From Flavobacteriales bacterium (GTDB lineage: Bacteria; Bacteroidota; Bacteroidia; Flavobacteriales; BACL11): DNA of 64,000 nucleotides. Of this stretch, positions 1 to 9,222 are shown in pieces (positions within the stretch are counted from its first letter, which is position 1; each line of letters opens with the position of its first letter). The position numbers were made by a program, and so were the translations under genes. The stretch covers positions 1,751 to 65,750 of the forward strand of contig JABGSE010000077.1 in the NCBI GenBank assembly GCA_018647945.1, in the 5' to 3' direction. The notes beneath the pieces were generated by a model. That model had not been told where the DNA came from and made no database searches. It was given only the letters and a program-made list of their open reading frames with translations.

Positions 1-896
1 TCCTGAATTTTCCTGATTTCTAATTCGTAAAGTTGAGATTTTAAAAGTTGTAGTGCTTTTGCTTTATTTTCTAACTGTGATCGGGATTCAGAGTTTTCAA
101 TTGTAATTCCAGTTGGTCCGTGTTTTAACCTTACTGCCGATTCTGTTTTATTTACACCTTGCCCACCCGCACCACTTGCTCTAAATGTGTCCCAGCTTAT
201 TTCAGATGGATCAATTTTAATTTCAATAGAGTCATCCGCTAAAGGATAAACAAATACAGAAGCAAAAGAGGTGTGTCTTTTTGCATTAGAATCAAATGGA
301 GAAATTCTGACTAAGCGGTGGACTCCATTTTCTCCTTTTAAATTTCCAAATGCGAAATCTCCTTCAAACTCTAATGTCACGGATTTTATTCCTGCAGTAT
401 CTGCTTTTTGGAAATCGAGTTCCTTTATTTTAAATCCGTTTTTTTCTCCCCACATCAAATACATTCTCATTATCATTTCTGCCCAATCTTGGCTTTCAGT
501 CCCTCCTGCTCCTGGGTTTATGGTCATTACAGCCGACATGTTGTCTTCTTCTGCACTTAACATGTTTTTAAACTCTAAATTTTCTAAGGACTTTAAACAA
601 ATTTTATACTGACTTTCTAATTCTTCTTCTGTACATTCACCTTCTTTTATAAATTCTTCTAAAATTTTAAGTTCGTCAATTTCAGTTTTTACTTTATTGT
701 AGGAATTAACCCAAATTTTAACTTTACTAATTTGTTTTAATGTTTTTTCTGCTTCTTTTGGATTATCCCAAAAGTTATTTTGATGAGATATTTTTTCTAA
801 TTCTGCAATTTTAGTTTCTTTTATTTCAATAGAAAGAAATTTATACAAATCATCTAATCTGTTTTGTAGTCCTGATATTTGTTCGGAAGAAATCAT
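1..896 (-). CDS. prfB: Peptide chain release factor 2 (3' end runs off window)
   Basis: Manual translation from ATG 896: MISSEQISGLQNRLDDLYKFLSIEIKE...FWDNPKEA...GVHRLVRISPFDSNAKRHTSFASV...RASGAGGQGVNKTESAV. SPF and GGQ motifs lie in one continuous frame. Not in the ORF track because it is truncated. Confidence 0.97.
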   Translation of the reverse strand, partial: MISSEQISGLQNRLDDLYKFLSIEIKETKIAELEKISHQNNFWDNPKEAEKTLKQISKVKIWVNSYNKVKTEIDELKILEEFIKEGECTEEELESQYKICLKSLENLEFKNMLSAEEDNMSAVMTINPGAGGTESQDWAEMIMRMYLMWGEKNGFKIKELDFQKADTAGIKSVTLEFEGDFAFGNLKGENGVHRLVRISPFDSNAKRHTSFASVFVYPLADDSIEIKIDPSEISWDTFRASGAGGQGVNKTESAVRLKHGPTGITIENSESRSQLENKAKALQLLKSQLYELEIRKIQ

Positions 897-900
897 TTGT

Positions 901-908
901 CAAAAATA
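901..908 (-). promoter_or_regulatory. Bacteroidota -7 element (TATTTTTG) for prfB
   Basis: Matches TAnnTTTG and ends 4 nt before the prfB ATG, in the 13-bp recX-prfB gap. Confidence 0.55.
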
Positions 909-909
909 C

Positions 910-1380
910 TTATTTATCTTTGTTAATTAACTCCCAAATCAGATTGCTTTCAAATCCTTTTTGTTGTAAGTATTTGGATATTTTCCCATTGCGGATAAAC
1001 TTATTTTTTTCTTTTAAGGAATCTCTCTTCTTTTCGTATAATTGTTGTAAAGTGTTCAGGTATTCTTTATCCTCTATTTGTAATAATCCTTTATTAATAC
1101 AGATTTCAGAAATCTTTTTTATTTTTAGTTCGTTCTTAATTTTTATTTTCCCCCATCTTTTTATTCTAAATTTCCCTCTACAAAAGGACTCAGAAAACCT
1201 TAATTCATTAATGAATTGTTCACTTATTAAATCAAGTATTATCATCTCAATAGTACTCTTCATCAATCCCCATTCATTTAATTTTTTCTCAACATCCCAT
1301 TGGCATCTGTCTTGTAAAGCGCAGTACGATTGAATTCTTTCAATCGCTTCTTTTATATTATAAACCCTGTTTTTTTGCAC
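910..1380 (-). CDS. recX: RecX family regulator
   Basis: YCALQDRC, FINELRFSESFCRGKFRIKRWGKIKI, YLQQKGFE: Bacteroidota RecX pattern. Confidence 0.9.
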   Translation of the reverse strand: MQKNRVYNIKEAIERIQSYCALQDRCQWDVEKKLNEWGLMKSTIEMIILDLISEQFINELRFSESFCRGKFRIKRWGKIKIKNELKIKKISEICINKGLLQIEDKEYLNTLQQLYEKKRDSLKEKNKFIRNGKISKYLQQKGFESNLIWELINKDK

Positions 1381-1384
1381 CTCC

Positions 1385-1420
1385 CAAAATTACATAATAA
1401 GTTTATTAATTCTATTTTTG
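1385..1420. promoter_or_regulatory. Divergent -7 elements for recX (TAATTTTG, - strand 1385-1392) and the MFS gene (TATTTTTG, + strand 1413-1420)
   Basis: Both match TAnnTTTG within a 45-bp divergent gap. Confidence 0.6.
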
Positions 1421-1425
1421 TCGGA

Positions 1426-2706
1426 ATGAAAAATAAATCGGCTATAACATTATTATTTGTATCTAATATTATTTCTGGTTTCGCTCAAGGAATTAGTATG
1501 ATGGCGATACCTTGGTATTTTATAGAAATTGTAAATGAACCATCTTTATTTGCATTTGCTTATGCAATAATTACTTTCCTGACTTTGTTTTGGGGATTGT
1601 ATGCTGGAACAATAATTGATAGATACCCCAGAAAAACGGTATTTATTATTACTAATATTATTTGTGGAACTATAATAGCTACCGTTGCTGCTTCTGGATA
1701 TTATTTGGGAGATGTGAACCATTATTTGGTGCTTTTGGTTTTTGGAGTTACCATATTTAATTACAATATTCATTACCCGAATTTGTATGCTTTTGGGCAG
1801 GAAATTACAGAGCAAAGAAATTATGGTAAATTAAATTCTTATATTGAAATTCAGGGACAAGTTACGAGCATGATGGCGGGGGCATTTGCTGCTATTCTTC
1901 TTTCAGGGAGTTTAAATAATGAGTTTGTTATTGCAGGAATTTCAATTCCTTTACCTTTTAATATTGAGCCTTGGAGTATTCAAAAAGTATTTTTGATGGA
2001 TGCGATTACTTATTTTATTGGGGTAGGGATTTTCTTTTTTATTCGATATACTCCAATTTCTACAAAAGAAATACATAAAGGCACATTATTTACTAGGTTA
2101 AAAGGAGGGTTTGCCTATTTGAAACAGAATAGAAGTATCTTTTATTTTGGAGTTTTTTCCTATATGTTGTTTGCTTTTACTTTGGTTGAAGTACATGTTC
2201 TTTTACCTGGATATGTAAAAAGATTTTTGAAAGAATCTGTGAATGTATATGCATCTGCAGAGGTTTATTATTCCTTTGGAGCCATATTGGCAGGAATATT
2301 GATTTTTAGAATTTTCCAGAAATACAGCGCCTATCTTGGTGTGGTCTTTTTAATGATTACAGTAAGTTTCGCTTTTCTGAGTATGTCTTTTTATGAGAAT
2401 ATTTGGCTCTTCTTTTTAGCAAATTTAGTGTTGGGAATTTGCAATGCTGGAGTACGGATTTTAAGGACAACTTATTTATTTACTCATGTCCCAAATAATG
2501 TAATTGGGAGGGCAAATAGTTTGTTTAGTTCAATAAATGTACTTGTCCGTTCTCTAATGATTTTCTTTTTTTCATTACCTTTTTTTCTGGAAGGAAACAA
2601 TATAAGATGGGGATATTTTATAGGGGCAATCTTTGTAGTTCTATCTGTTTTTCCTTTATTATTGAGTTACAAAAAGGAGAAGAAAATAGTCAATAAAACT
2701 ACTTAA
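1426..2706 (+). CDS. MFS transporter (drug/macrolide-efflux-like)
   Basis: About 12 hydrophobic segments and motif A GTIIDRYPRK. Start moved to ATG 1426 because the longer ORF overlaps recX. Confidence 0.85.
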   Translation: MKNKSAITLLFVSNIISGFAQGISMMAIPWYFIEIVNEPSLFAFAYAIITFLTLFWGLYAGTIIDRYPRKTVFIITNIICGTIIATVAASGYYLGDVNHYLVLLVFGVTIFNYNIHYPNLYAFGQEITEQRNYGKLNSYIEIQGQVTSMMAGAFAAILLSGSLNNEFVIAGISIPLPFNIEPWSIQKVFLMDAITYFIGVGIFFFIRYTPISTKEIHKGTLFTRLKGGFAYLKQNRSIFYFGVFSYMLFAFTLVEVHVLLPGYVKRFLKESVNVYASAEVYYSFGAILAGILIFRIFQKYSAYLGVVFLMITVSFAFLSMSFYENIWLFFLANLVLGICNAGVRILRTTYLFTHVPNNVIGRANSLFSSINVLVRSLMIFFFSLPFFLEGNNIRWGYFIGAIFVVLSVFPLLLSYKKEKKIVNKTT

Positions 2707-4228
2707 CTACACTATATTGTAAAAGGTGTAATCTTTCATCAGAAATTATGATAATTTTTCTGTCGTACTTTTTTGCCCAATTGTGTCTGATTGAAGAGAA
2801 AAATAATCCTTTGTTTATATGAGAGGCTACAAATGGGTGTGTGGCAATTTTAATTTCACCTTTTTGTATTTTAGTTAAGTTCCCTATTTTATTCTCAATT
2901 GTATCTACTAAAAGTAAACTTGAGTCAATCTTACCATTGCCTGTACACATTGGACATTTCTCTCTGGTATCAATGTTCATTTCTGGACGAACTCTTTGTC
3001 TAGTAATTTGCATTAAACCAAATTTCGTAAGTGGTAAAATATTATGTTTGGCTTTGTCGGTTGACATCCCCTCTGTTAATTTATCGAAAATTAATTTTCT
3101 GTTTGTAGCATTCTTCTGATCAATAAAATCAACAATTATAATTCCTCCCATATCTCTAAGTCGGAGCTGTCTTGCAACTTCTTCAGCTGCAATCAGATTA
3201 ACCGCTAAAGCATTTGCTTCCTGATTTTTTTTTGAATCTACTTTTTTCCCACTGTTTACATCTATTACATGTAAGGCTTCAGTGTGTTCAATTACCAAAT
3301 AAGTTCCGTTTTTCATTGTAGCAGTTTTTCCGAACGAACCTTTTATTTGTTTTGTAATTCCTAATTCTTGAAAAACTGGAGCCTCTCCTTTGTATAGTTT
3401 CACTATTTTTTCTTGTTCTGGTGCGATTCTTGATAAATATTCTTTTAGTTCCAAATATAATTCCTGATTATTTATATGAATGTTACTGAATTCTGAATTC
3501 AATAAATCTCTCAAGATTGCAGAAGATCGGTTAAGTTCACCTAATATTTTATCTTTTACTTGGGCTTTTTGTAGTTTTTTGAATATTGTCTGCCACTTTT
3601 TGTACAAATTTTTCAAATCTCTATCTAGTTCTGCCACTTTTTTGTTTTCCGCAACGGTTCTTATTATTACTCCAAATCCTTGTGGCCTTATACTCTGAAT
3701 TAATTTTCTTAATCGGGATCTTTCTTCTTTGCTTCCAATTTTTTGAGACATGGAAATTCTATCAGAAAATGGAATTAAAACCATGTACCTTCCAGCCAAG
3801 GAAATTTCGGTTGTAAGTCTTGGTCCTTTGGAAGAGATAGATTCTTTGGATACTTGAACTAAAATTTGGTCTCCAGAAGATAATACTTCTTTTACCTGTC
3901 CGTGTTTATCGGTGTCTTTTTCCCTTTTGAAGTTCTTTAAAGAAGCGGTATTAAGTTTTTTATCTAATACCTTTTTGGTAAATTTATTAAAAGAATTTAC
4001 CTGTGACCCTAAATCTAAGTAGTGAAGAAAACCATCTTTTTCGTGCCCAACACCAATAAATGCAGCGTTTAGCCCGGAAACGATTTTTTTTACTTTTCCT
4101 AGGTAAATATCTCCAACTGAATAATCATTATCATGATTTTCTTTGTGAAGCTCTATTAATTTTCCATCTTTTAAAAGGGCAATTACAACTTCAGTTGATC
4201 GAGAATCAATTACAAGTTCAAATTTCAT
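2699..4228 (-). CDS. rng: Ribonuclease E/G family
   Basis: S1 domain (GDIYLGKV...LNAAF), KGPRLTTEISLAGRY, VIDVNSG, RLRDMGGIIIVDFID, CPMCTG. Confidence 0.95.
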   Translation of the reverse strand: MKFELVIDSRSTEVVIALLKDGKLIELHKENHDNDYSVGDIYLGKVKKIVSGLNAAFIGVGHEKDGFLHYLDLGSQVNSFNKFTKKVLDKKLNTASLKNFKREKDTDKHGQVKEVLSSGDQILVQVSKESISSKGPRLTTEISLAGRYMVLIPFSDRISMSQKIGSKEERSRLRKLIQSIRPQGFGVIIRTVAENKKVAELDRDLKNLYKKWQTIFKKLQKAQVKDKILGELNRSSAILRDLLNSEFSNIHINNQELYLELKEYLSRIAPEQEKIVKLYKGEAPVFQELGITKQIKGSFGKTATMKNGTYLVIEHTEALHVIDVNSGKKVDSKKNQEANALAVNLIAAEEVARQLRLRDMGGIIIVDFIDQKNATNRKLIFDKLTEGMSTDKAKHNILPLTKFGLMQITRQRVRPEMNIDTREKCPMCTGNGKIDSSLLLVDTIENKIGNLTKIQKGEIKIATHPFVASHINKGLFFSSIRHNWAKKYDRKIIIISDERLHLLQYSVVK

Positions 4229-4261
4229 ATATGAAATTATTAATTAAGAAGACGATTAAGT

Positions 4262-4351
4262 CTACTTATTCTTGTGTCTATTTTTTCTTAAACGCTTTTT
4301 ACGTTTATGAGTTGCAATTTTTTTTGCCTTCTTCTTTTTTGCTCCTGACAT
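4262..4351 (-). CDS. 30S ribosomal protein bS22-like (AURKAIP1/COX24-type small basic protein), 29 aa
   Basis: Manual translation MSGAKKKKAKKIATHKRKKRLRKNRHKNK*, with the ATHKRKKR..NRHK signature. Lies between HU and rng and is below the ORF-track size cutoff. Confidence 0.85.
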   Translation of the reverse strand: MSGAKKKKAKKIATHKRKKRLRKNRHKNK

Positions 4352-4385
4352 ATCTTAATTTTTGTTTAAGCAGAATTCTGCTTTG

Positions 4386-4670
4386 TTATTTTATATTGTT
4401 TTTCACCTCATTTTTAAAAACCTTGGAAGGTTTGAAAAATGGAATATGGTGAGCTGGAATAATAATTGTTGTATTTTTTGAAATATTTCTTCCTGTTTTT
4501 TCTTTCCTTTCTTTTGCTAAAAATGTTCCAAATCCTCTCAAGAAAACTGATTCTTCATTTTTTATTGAATCTTTTATTTCGGCCATTAAAGATTCTACAA
4601 CTGCTATTGTTGTTGTTTTTTCAATACCAGTTTTTTCAGATATCTTGCTTACAATTTCTGCTTTTGTCAT
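4386..4670 (-). CDS. HU/IHF family DNA-binding protein
   Basis: MTKAEIV...VFLRGFGTF...GRNISKNTTIIIPAHHIPFFKP. Confidence 0.95.
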   Translation of the reverse strand: MTKAEIVSKISEKTGIEKTTTIAVVESLMAEIKDSIKNEESVFLRGFGTFLAKERKEKTGRNISKNTTIIIPAHHIPFFKPSKVFKNEVKNNIK

Positions 4671-4724
4671 TTTTTAGTAAATATATAGTTTGTTAATTTA
4701 TTATTCTCCCTATTTTTGGGTTCG

Positions 4725-4732
4725 CAAATATA
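4725..4732 (-). promoter_or_regulatory. -7 element TATATTTG upstream of HU-bS22-rng
   Basis: Exact TAnnTTTG about 55 bp upstream of the HU start. Confidence 0.6.
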
Positions 4733-4804
4733 TTAAAAATACAATAAAAAGACACAGCATTGTATTCTTTTTTTTATTTGCATAATATTAATATTCAATC
4801 AATT

Positions 4805-5848
4805 ATGTATTTTTCAAATTCGATAATAAGCTGGTATAATAAAAATGCAAGAGAATTGCCTTGGCGTAATACGGTGAATCCTTATAAAATTTGGCTTTCG
4901 GAAATTATTTTACAACAAACAAGAGTCAGTCAGGGATTACCTTATTATCTTAAATTTATAGAGAATTTTCCAACAATTAATCATCTTGCTTCTGCATCCG
5001 AAAATCAGGTGATGAAATTATGGCAAGGACTAGGTTATTATTCCAGAGCAAGAAACATGCATTTTACTGCAAAATATATTGTTCAATATTACAATTCTCA
5101 GTTCCCTGAAAACTACAATGAGATTTTAAAATTGAAAGGAATAGGAGAGTATACCGCTGCGGCAATCTCATCTTTTTGTTTTGATTTGCCTCATGCTGTT
5201 GTTGATGGAAATGTTATTCGAATTTTAAGTAGATATTTTGGAATAGAAATTCCATACGACACTTCTGAAGGTAAAAAAATATTTAAAAATCTAGCAGAGA
5301 GGGAGTTGAATGTTGATTTATCGGCAATTCATAATCAGTCAATAATGGAATTTGGAGCTTTGCAATGTGTACCAAAATCACCAAATTGTTCTGTTTGTAC
5401 TTTAAGTGAAAATTGCATGGCTTTTAACTCAAATTTGATAGACTTATTACCGCTTAAAAGTAAAAAAATAAGTGTTAAAAAAAGATATTTCAATTATTTG
5501 ATTATTGAAAATGAGGACTCAACATTTTTGCAAAAACGCAATAGTGGAATTTGGAAATCCTTGTATGAATTCCCTCTTATTGAAGGAGATTTTACAGAAG
5601 AAAAACTACTTAAATCTGATGAGTTTGATGAAATATTACAAAATTCAGACTTTACAATTGGTTTTGTTTCCAAACAGGTAACACATCAACTTACACACCA
5701 AACTATTTTTGCGAAATTTTGGCACATTAAAGTTTCTTCTTTTCAAAATAAGAAATATAAAGAGGTAAATTGGGATTGTTTTATCGACTTTCCTATCCCC
5801 AGATTGATAGATAAATACTTGAAAAATATTGAAAAAGTTACTAATTAA
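4805..5848 (+). CDS. mutY: A/G-specific adenine glycosylase
   Basis: LPWR, SEIILQQT, WQGLGYYSRARN, HhH LKGIGEYTA, VDGNV, 4Fe-4S motif C-x6-C-x2-C-x5-C. ATG 4805 preferred as start. Confidence 0.96.
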   Translation: MYFSNSIISWYNKNARELPWRNTVNPYKIWLSEIILQQTRVSQGLPYYLKFIENFPTINHLASASENQVMKLWQGLGYYSRARNMHFTAKYIVQYYNSQFPENYNEILKLKGIGEYTAAAISSFCFDLPHAVVDGNVIRILSRYFGIEIPYDTSEGKKIFKNLAERELNVDLSAIHNQSIMEFGALQCVPKSPNCSVCTLSENCMAFNSNLIDLLPLKSKKISVKKRYFNYLIIENEDSTFLQKRNSGIWKSLYEFPLIEGDFTEEKLLKSDEFDEILQNSDFTIGFVSKQVTHQLTHQTIFAKFWHIKVSSFQNKKYKEVNWDCFIDFPIPRLIDKYLKNIEKVTN

Positions 5849-5877
5849 TTCCCTATATTTGTGAAAAAATAATAGTT

Positions 5878-6306
5878 ATGGCAGGAGTAAATAAAGTTAT
5901 ATTAGTTGGAAATTTAGGAAAGGATCCAGAAATAAGACATTTGGACACAGGAGTGGCAGTGGCAAATTTTTCGTTAGCAACTACCGAATCGTACAAAAAT
6001 AAAAGTGGTGAAAGAGTAAGTAATACAGAGTGGCACAATGTGGTACTTTGGAGAGGTCTTGCAGAGCTTGCAGAAAAATATTTGAAAAAAGGCAATTCTG
6101 TTTATATTGAAGGGAAAATTAGTACCAGAAAATGGGAAGATAAAGAAGGAAATACAAGATACTCAACCGATATAATTGCTGATAAAATGACCATGCTTGG
6201 CTCCAAATCGGATAATGAATCTTCTAATCCAAAAGAAGAACCTTCTGAAACAATAAATTCGGAAGTTCCGTCACAAGATGATAGTAAAGGAGATCTACCA
6301 TTTTAA
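5878..6306 (+). CDS. ssb: Single-stranded DNA-binding protein
   Basis: VNKVILVGNLGKDPE, TEWHNVV, acidic tail GDLPF; -7 element TATATTTG at 5854-5861. Confidence 0.98.
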   Translation: MAGVNKVILVGNLGKDPEIRHLDTGVAVANFSLATTESYKNKSGERVSNTEWHNVVLWRGLAELAEKYLKKGNSVYIEGKISTRKWEDKEGNTRYSTDIIADKMTMLGSKSDNESSNPKEEPSETINSEVPSQDDSKGDLPF

Positions 6307-6319
6307 TATATAAAATACT

Positions 6320-7642
6320 TTGAAAGAAGACCCCATACCCTTTTTGTTAAACACCACTTTTTCCGTAGAGATTAATGAAATTTCATCATCAATAATAATT
6401 GGTTTTATTATTGTTTTAATTTTAATCTTTATTTCATCATTAATTTCAGGTTCGGAAGTTTCATTTTTTTCTTTAAACTCACAGAATTTAGATGAACTTT
6501 CTAAAACGGATACTAAAAAAGAAATTCAGATAAGAAGGCTGTTAAAAACACCTAATAAATTACTTGCTACTATTTTGATTGCAAATAATTTTGTGAATGT
6601 TGCTATTATTGTAATTTCCTCATACTTAACATCTATTTTGTTTGATTTTGATGAATCACCAATTTTCCAATTTATCATTCAAGTGGTAATTATTACATTT
6701 ATTTTGGTGTTGTTAGGTGAGATAACTCCAAAGGTTTACGCAAAACAACATGCGGTAAATTTTAGCAAACGAATTGTATCATTAATATCATTTCTAGAAA
6801 AAATATTTTCACCAATATCTTATTTGTTAGTTTCTTCTACTTCATTTATTGATAAAAGATTGAAACAAAAATCGGAAGATATTTCCATGAACGAAATTCA
6901 GAAGGCAATTGATTTGACAGAAAATAATCTAGAAAATGAAGATGATAAAAGAATTTTGAAATCTATTGTGGAGTTTGGAAATATTGATGTGAAAGAAATA
7001 ATGAAACCCAGAACGGATGTAATTTCTATTGAAATGAATACAGAATATTCGGAGGTTTTACAAATCATTGTAAATTCTTCTTATTCCAGAATTCCTGTTT
7101 ACAAAGAGTCCTTTGATGACATAAAAGGGATACTTTACATAAAGGATTTACTTCCTCATCTTTCCAAAGAAAATTTGGATTGGTTTTCATTGTGTCATTC
7201 TCCACTTTTTGTTCCAGAAACAAAAAAAATTAACGATTTGTTAAAAGAGTTTCAGACTAAAAAAATCCATTTAGCTATAGTTGTTGATGAGTATGGAGGT
7301 ACCTCTGGAATTGTAACTTTGGAAGATGTACTAGAAGAAATTGTTGGAGAGATAAATGATGAGTTTGATGATGATGGAAAACAATATTCTAAATTAGATG
7401 CTGATAATTTTATTTTTGAAGGGAAAACTTCATTAAATGATTTTTTGAAAATTGTTGATGGAGAAACAGATTACTTTGATGATGAAAAAGGAGATTCGGA
7501 TTCTTTGGCCGGTTTAATTTTGGAGAGCTGTGGAGTTATTCCTAAAATTTCAGATAGGATAGAGTTTCCTCCATATACTTTTATAATTGAATCGGCAGAT
7601 GACAGGAGAATAAAAAGGATAAAAGTCATCATTAAAAGATGA
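6320..7642 (+). CDS. gldE: Gliding motility-associated GldE (CNNM/CBS/CorC hemolysin-like protein)
   Basis: SGSEVSFFSL, GEITPK, SRIPVY, AIVVDEYGGTSGIVTLEDVLEEIVG; position in mutY-ssb-gldE-gldD. Confidence 0.9.
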   Translation: MKEDPIPFLLNTTFSVEINEISSSIIIGFIIVLILIFISSLISGSEVSFFSLNSQNLDELSKTDTKKEIQIRRLLKTPNKLLATILIANNFVNVAIIVISSYLTSILFDFDESPIFQFIIQVVIITFILVLLGEITPKVYAKQHAVNFSKRIVSLISFLEKIFSPISYLLVSSTSFIDKRLKQKSEDISMNEIQKAIDLTENNLENEDDKRILKSIVEFGNIDVKEIMKPRTDVISIEMNTEYSEVLQIIVNSSYSRIPVYKESFDDIKGILYIKDLLPHLSKENLDWFSLCHSPLFVPETKKINDLLKEFQTKKIHLAIVVDEYGGTSGIVTLEDVLEEIVGEINDEFDDDGKQYSKLDADNFIFEGKTSLNDFLKIVDGETDYFDDEKGDSDSLAGLILESCGVIPKISDRIEFPPYTFIIESADDRRIKRIKVIIKR

Positions 7643-8217
7643 AAAAACTAACATATATTTTTGTTGGAATTGCTGTTATTTTGGGAGTATATTTTCTGTT
7701 TTCTACTACAGAAGAATATTATATTCCTAAGCCAGAAGCACTCCTTAAAATAAATTTACCTGATTCTAATTCTACTTTTCATGCAATTGATAACTTTACT
7801 TTTTCACATTCAAACTCTGCAGTTGTGCTTTCAGATGACAATGTAAATTATTCTATTTACTATCCTGATTATGATGTGAAAATTAAATTTTACCATGCCC
7901 TTTCATTAAACTTGGAAGTTGACAGATTTTATTTTGAGAAAGAAATGAATTCACATATCAATCAATCATATGATTATGCAGAAGTGCCAATTGAGAACAA
8001 AGAATTAAATATTTATGGGATACTTTATTTTCTGGAAGGCGTAGATGTGGCAACTTCAGCATCTTTCTTTATTAACGATAATATCGAAAATATTGTAAGT
8101 GGAAATATAGAGTTTTCTACTTCAATTGATTATCAAATTTTACCTCAAAACAGAATAATGAAAATGGAAGTTTTGAAATTTATTGAATCTTTTCGTTGGA
8201 TTGAGATTGATGAATAA
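7639..8217 (+). CDS. gldD: GldD-like protein (divergent, no lipobox)
   Basis: YIPKPEALLKINLP resembles the GldD PKP..L.L.YP motif; IYGILYFLEG.VAT...F, final ESFRW; overlaps the gldE stop. Confidence 0.65.
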   Translation: MKKLTYIFVGIAVILGVYFLFSTTEEYYIPKPEALLKINLPDSNSTFHAIDNFTFSHSNSAVVLSDDNVNYSIYYPDYDVKIKFYHALSLNLEVDRFYFEKEMNSHINQSYDYAEVPIENKELNIYGILYFLEGVDVATSASFFINDNIENIVSGNIEFSTSIDYQILPQNRIMKMEVLKFIESFRWIEIDE

Positions 8218-9175
8218 GATAAATTGTTCCTAAAACCAATAAAGCTGCAACAAACTGATGTGTAATTGCTGTGTGTTTTTGTACATCCAAAAGTAATGTG
8301 CTAATTCCTAATATTACTTGTACTAAAACCAAACTCAATACAATATTCCCTTCTTTCTTTAAGTTCGTATTCCTTGTTTTCTTCCATATATAAATAGAAA
8401 AAAGTAAAATTCCCCACGCAATCATTCTATGGATAAATTGAATATTCAAATCATTATTAAAAATATCAAACCCCTGAAAACTCTGATTGTAATATCCAAA
8501 TAAGCTACTAATTACATTAGTTGCTTTATGCTGCCCCGCGTCCAATCCTGCAGTAAATGCTCCATAAATAAGTTGAATAGTGAGCACTCCTAAAAAGTAT
8601 TTAGAATATTTATTAATTTCTTGATTCCCTTTAGGGATTTCCCTAATATCCAGTATCATCCAGAAAATATAAGCTGCCAAAGTGAGGGCTGCTACAAAAT
8701 GAATTGCTAATCGGAAATGACTGACAGATGGTCTGTCAATCAAACCACTTTTTACCATAAACCATCCTATTCCTCCTTGTATTGCTCCCAGTCCTAAAAG
8801 GATAAAATATTTTTTCAATTCTTTTTTTGTAAACCACTTTTTAATCAGAAAGAAAAGGAAGGGAATAATAAAAATTATACCGAGTAATCTGCCGGTCATT
8901 CTGTGTAAATATTCCCAAAAGTAGATTTTTTGAAATTCTGAAACTGTCATCTCAGTATTTACTTTTGCTCCCTCCGGATAAAGTTTGTATTGATCAAATT
9001 CTACTTGCCATTCAGTGTCATTCATTGGAGGTAGTGTTCCTTCAAATTTCCAATTTACCATGGAGAGTCCAGAGTCGGTAATTCTGGTAATTCCTCCAAT
9101 TATTACCATTAATATTACAATTGTAAGTCCGCTAAAAAGCCAATAACTCACTATTTCTTTTCTTTTCAAATTCAT
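8180..9175 (-). CDS. ctaA: Heme A synthase (COX15/CtaA, type 2)
   Basis: GGITRITDSGLSM, FWEYLHRMTGR, QGGIGWFMVKSGL, RLAIH, QFIHR, THQ. Confidence 0.95.
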   Translation of the reverse strand: MNLKRKEIVSYWLFSGLTIVILMVIIGGITRITDSGLSMVNWKFEGTLPPMNDTEWQVEFDQYKLYPEGAKVNTEMTVSEFQKIYFWEYLHRMTGRLLGIIFIIPFLFFLIKKWFTKKELKKYFILLGLGAIQGGIGWFMVKSGLIDRPSVSHFRLAIHFVAALTLAAYIFWMILDIREIPKGNQEINKYSKYFLGVLTIQLIYGAFTAGLDAGQHKATNVISSLFGYYNQSFQGFDIFNNDLNIQFIHRMIAWGILLFSIYIWKKTRNTNLKKEGNIVLSLVLVQVILGISTLLLDVQKHTAITHQFVAALLVLGTIYLIHQSQSNEKIQ

Positions 9176-9180
9176 TATAG

Positions 9181-9203
9181 CAAAAGTAAGTAACATATAT
9201 TTG
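9181..9203. promoter_or_regulatory. Back-to-back divergent -7 elements (TACTTTTG - strand 9181-9188; TATATTTG + strand 9196-9203)
   Basis: Two exact TAnnTTTG matches in the 47-bp gap between ctaA and the DMT gene. Confidence 0.65.
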
Positions 9204-9222
9204 CCGCGCTATATTTATTCAA

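Noticed and set aside
271-1333. + strand ORFs 271-612 and 920-1333
   Set aside because: Antisense shadows of prfB and recX; no motifs
4060-4696. + strand ORFs 4060-4452 and 4466-4696
   Set aside because: Phe/Leu-rich antisense readings of the Lys-rich rng, bS22 and HU genes
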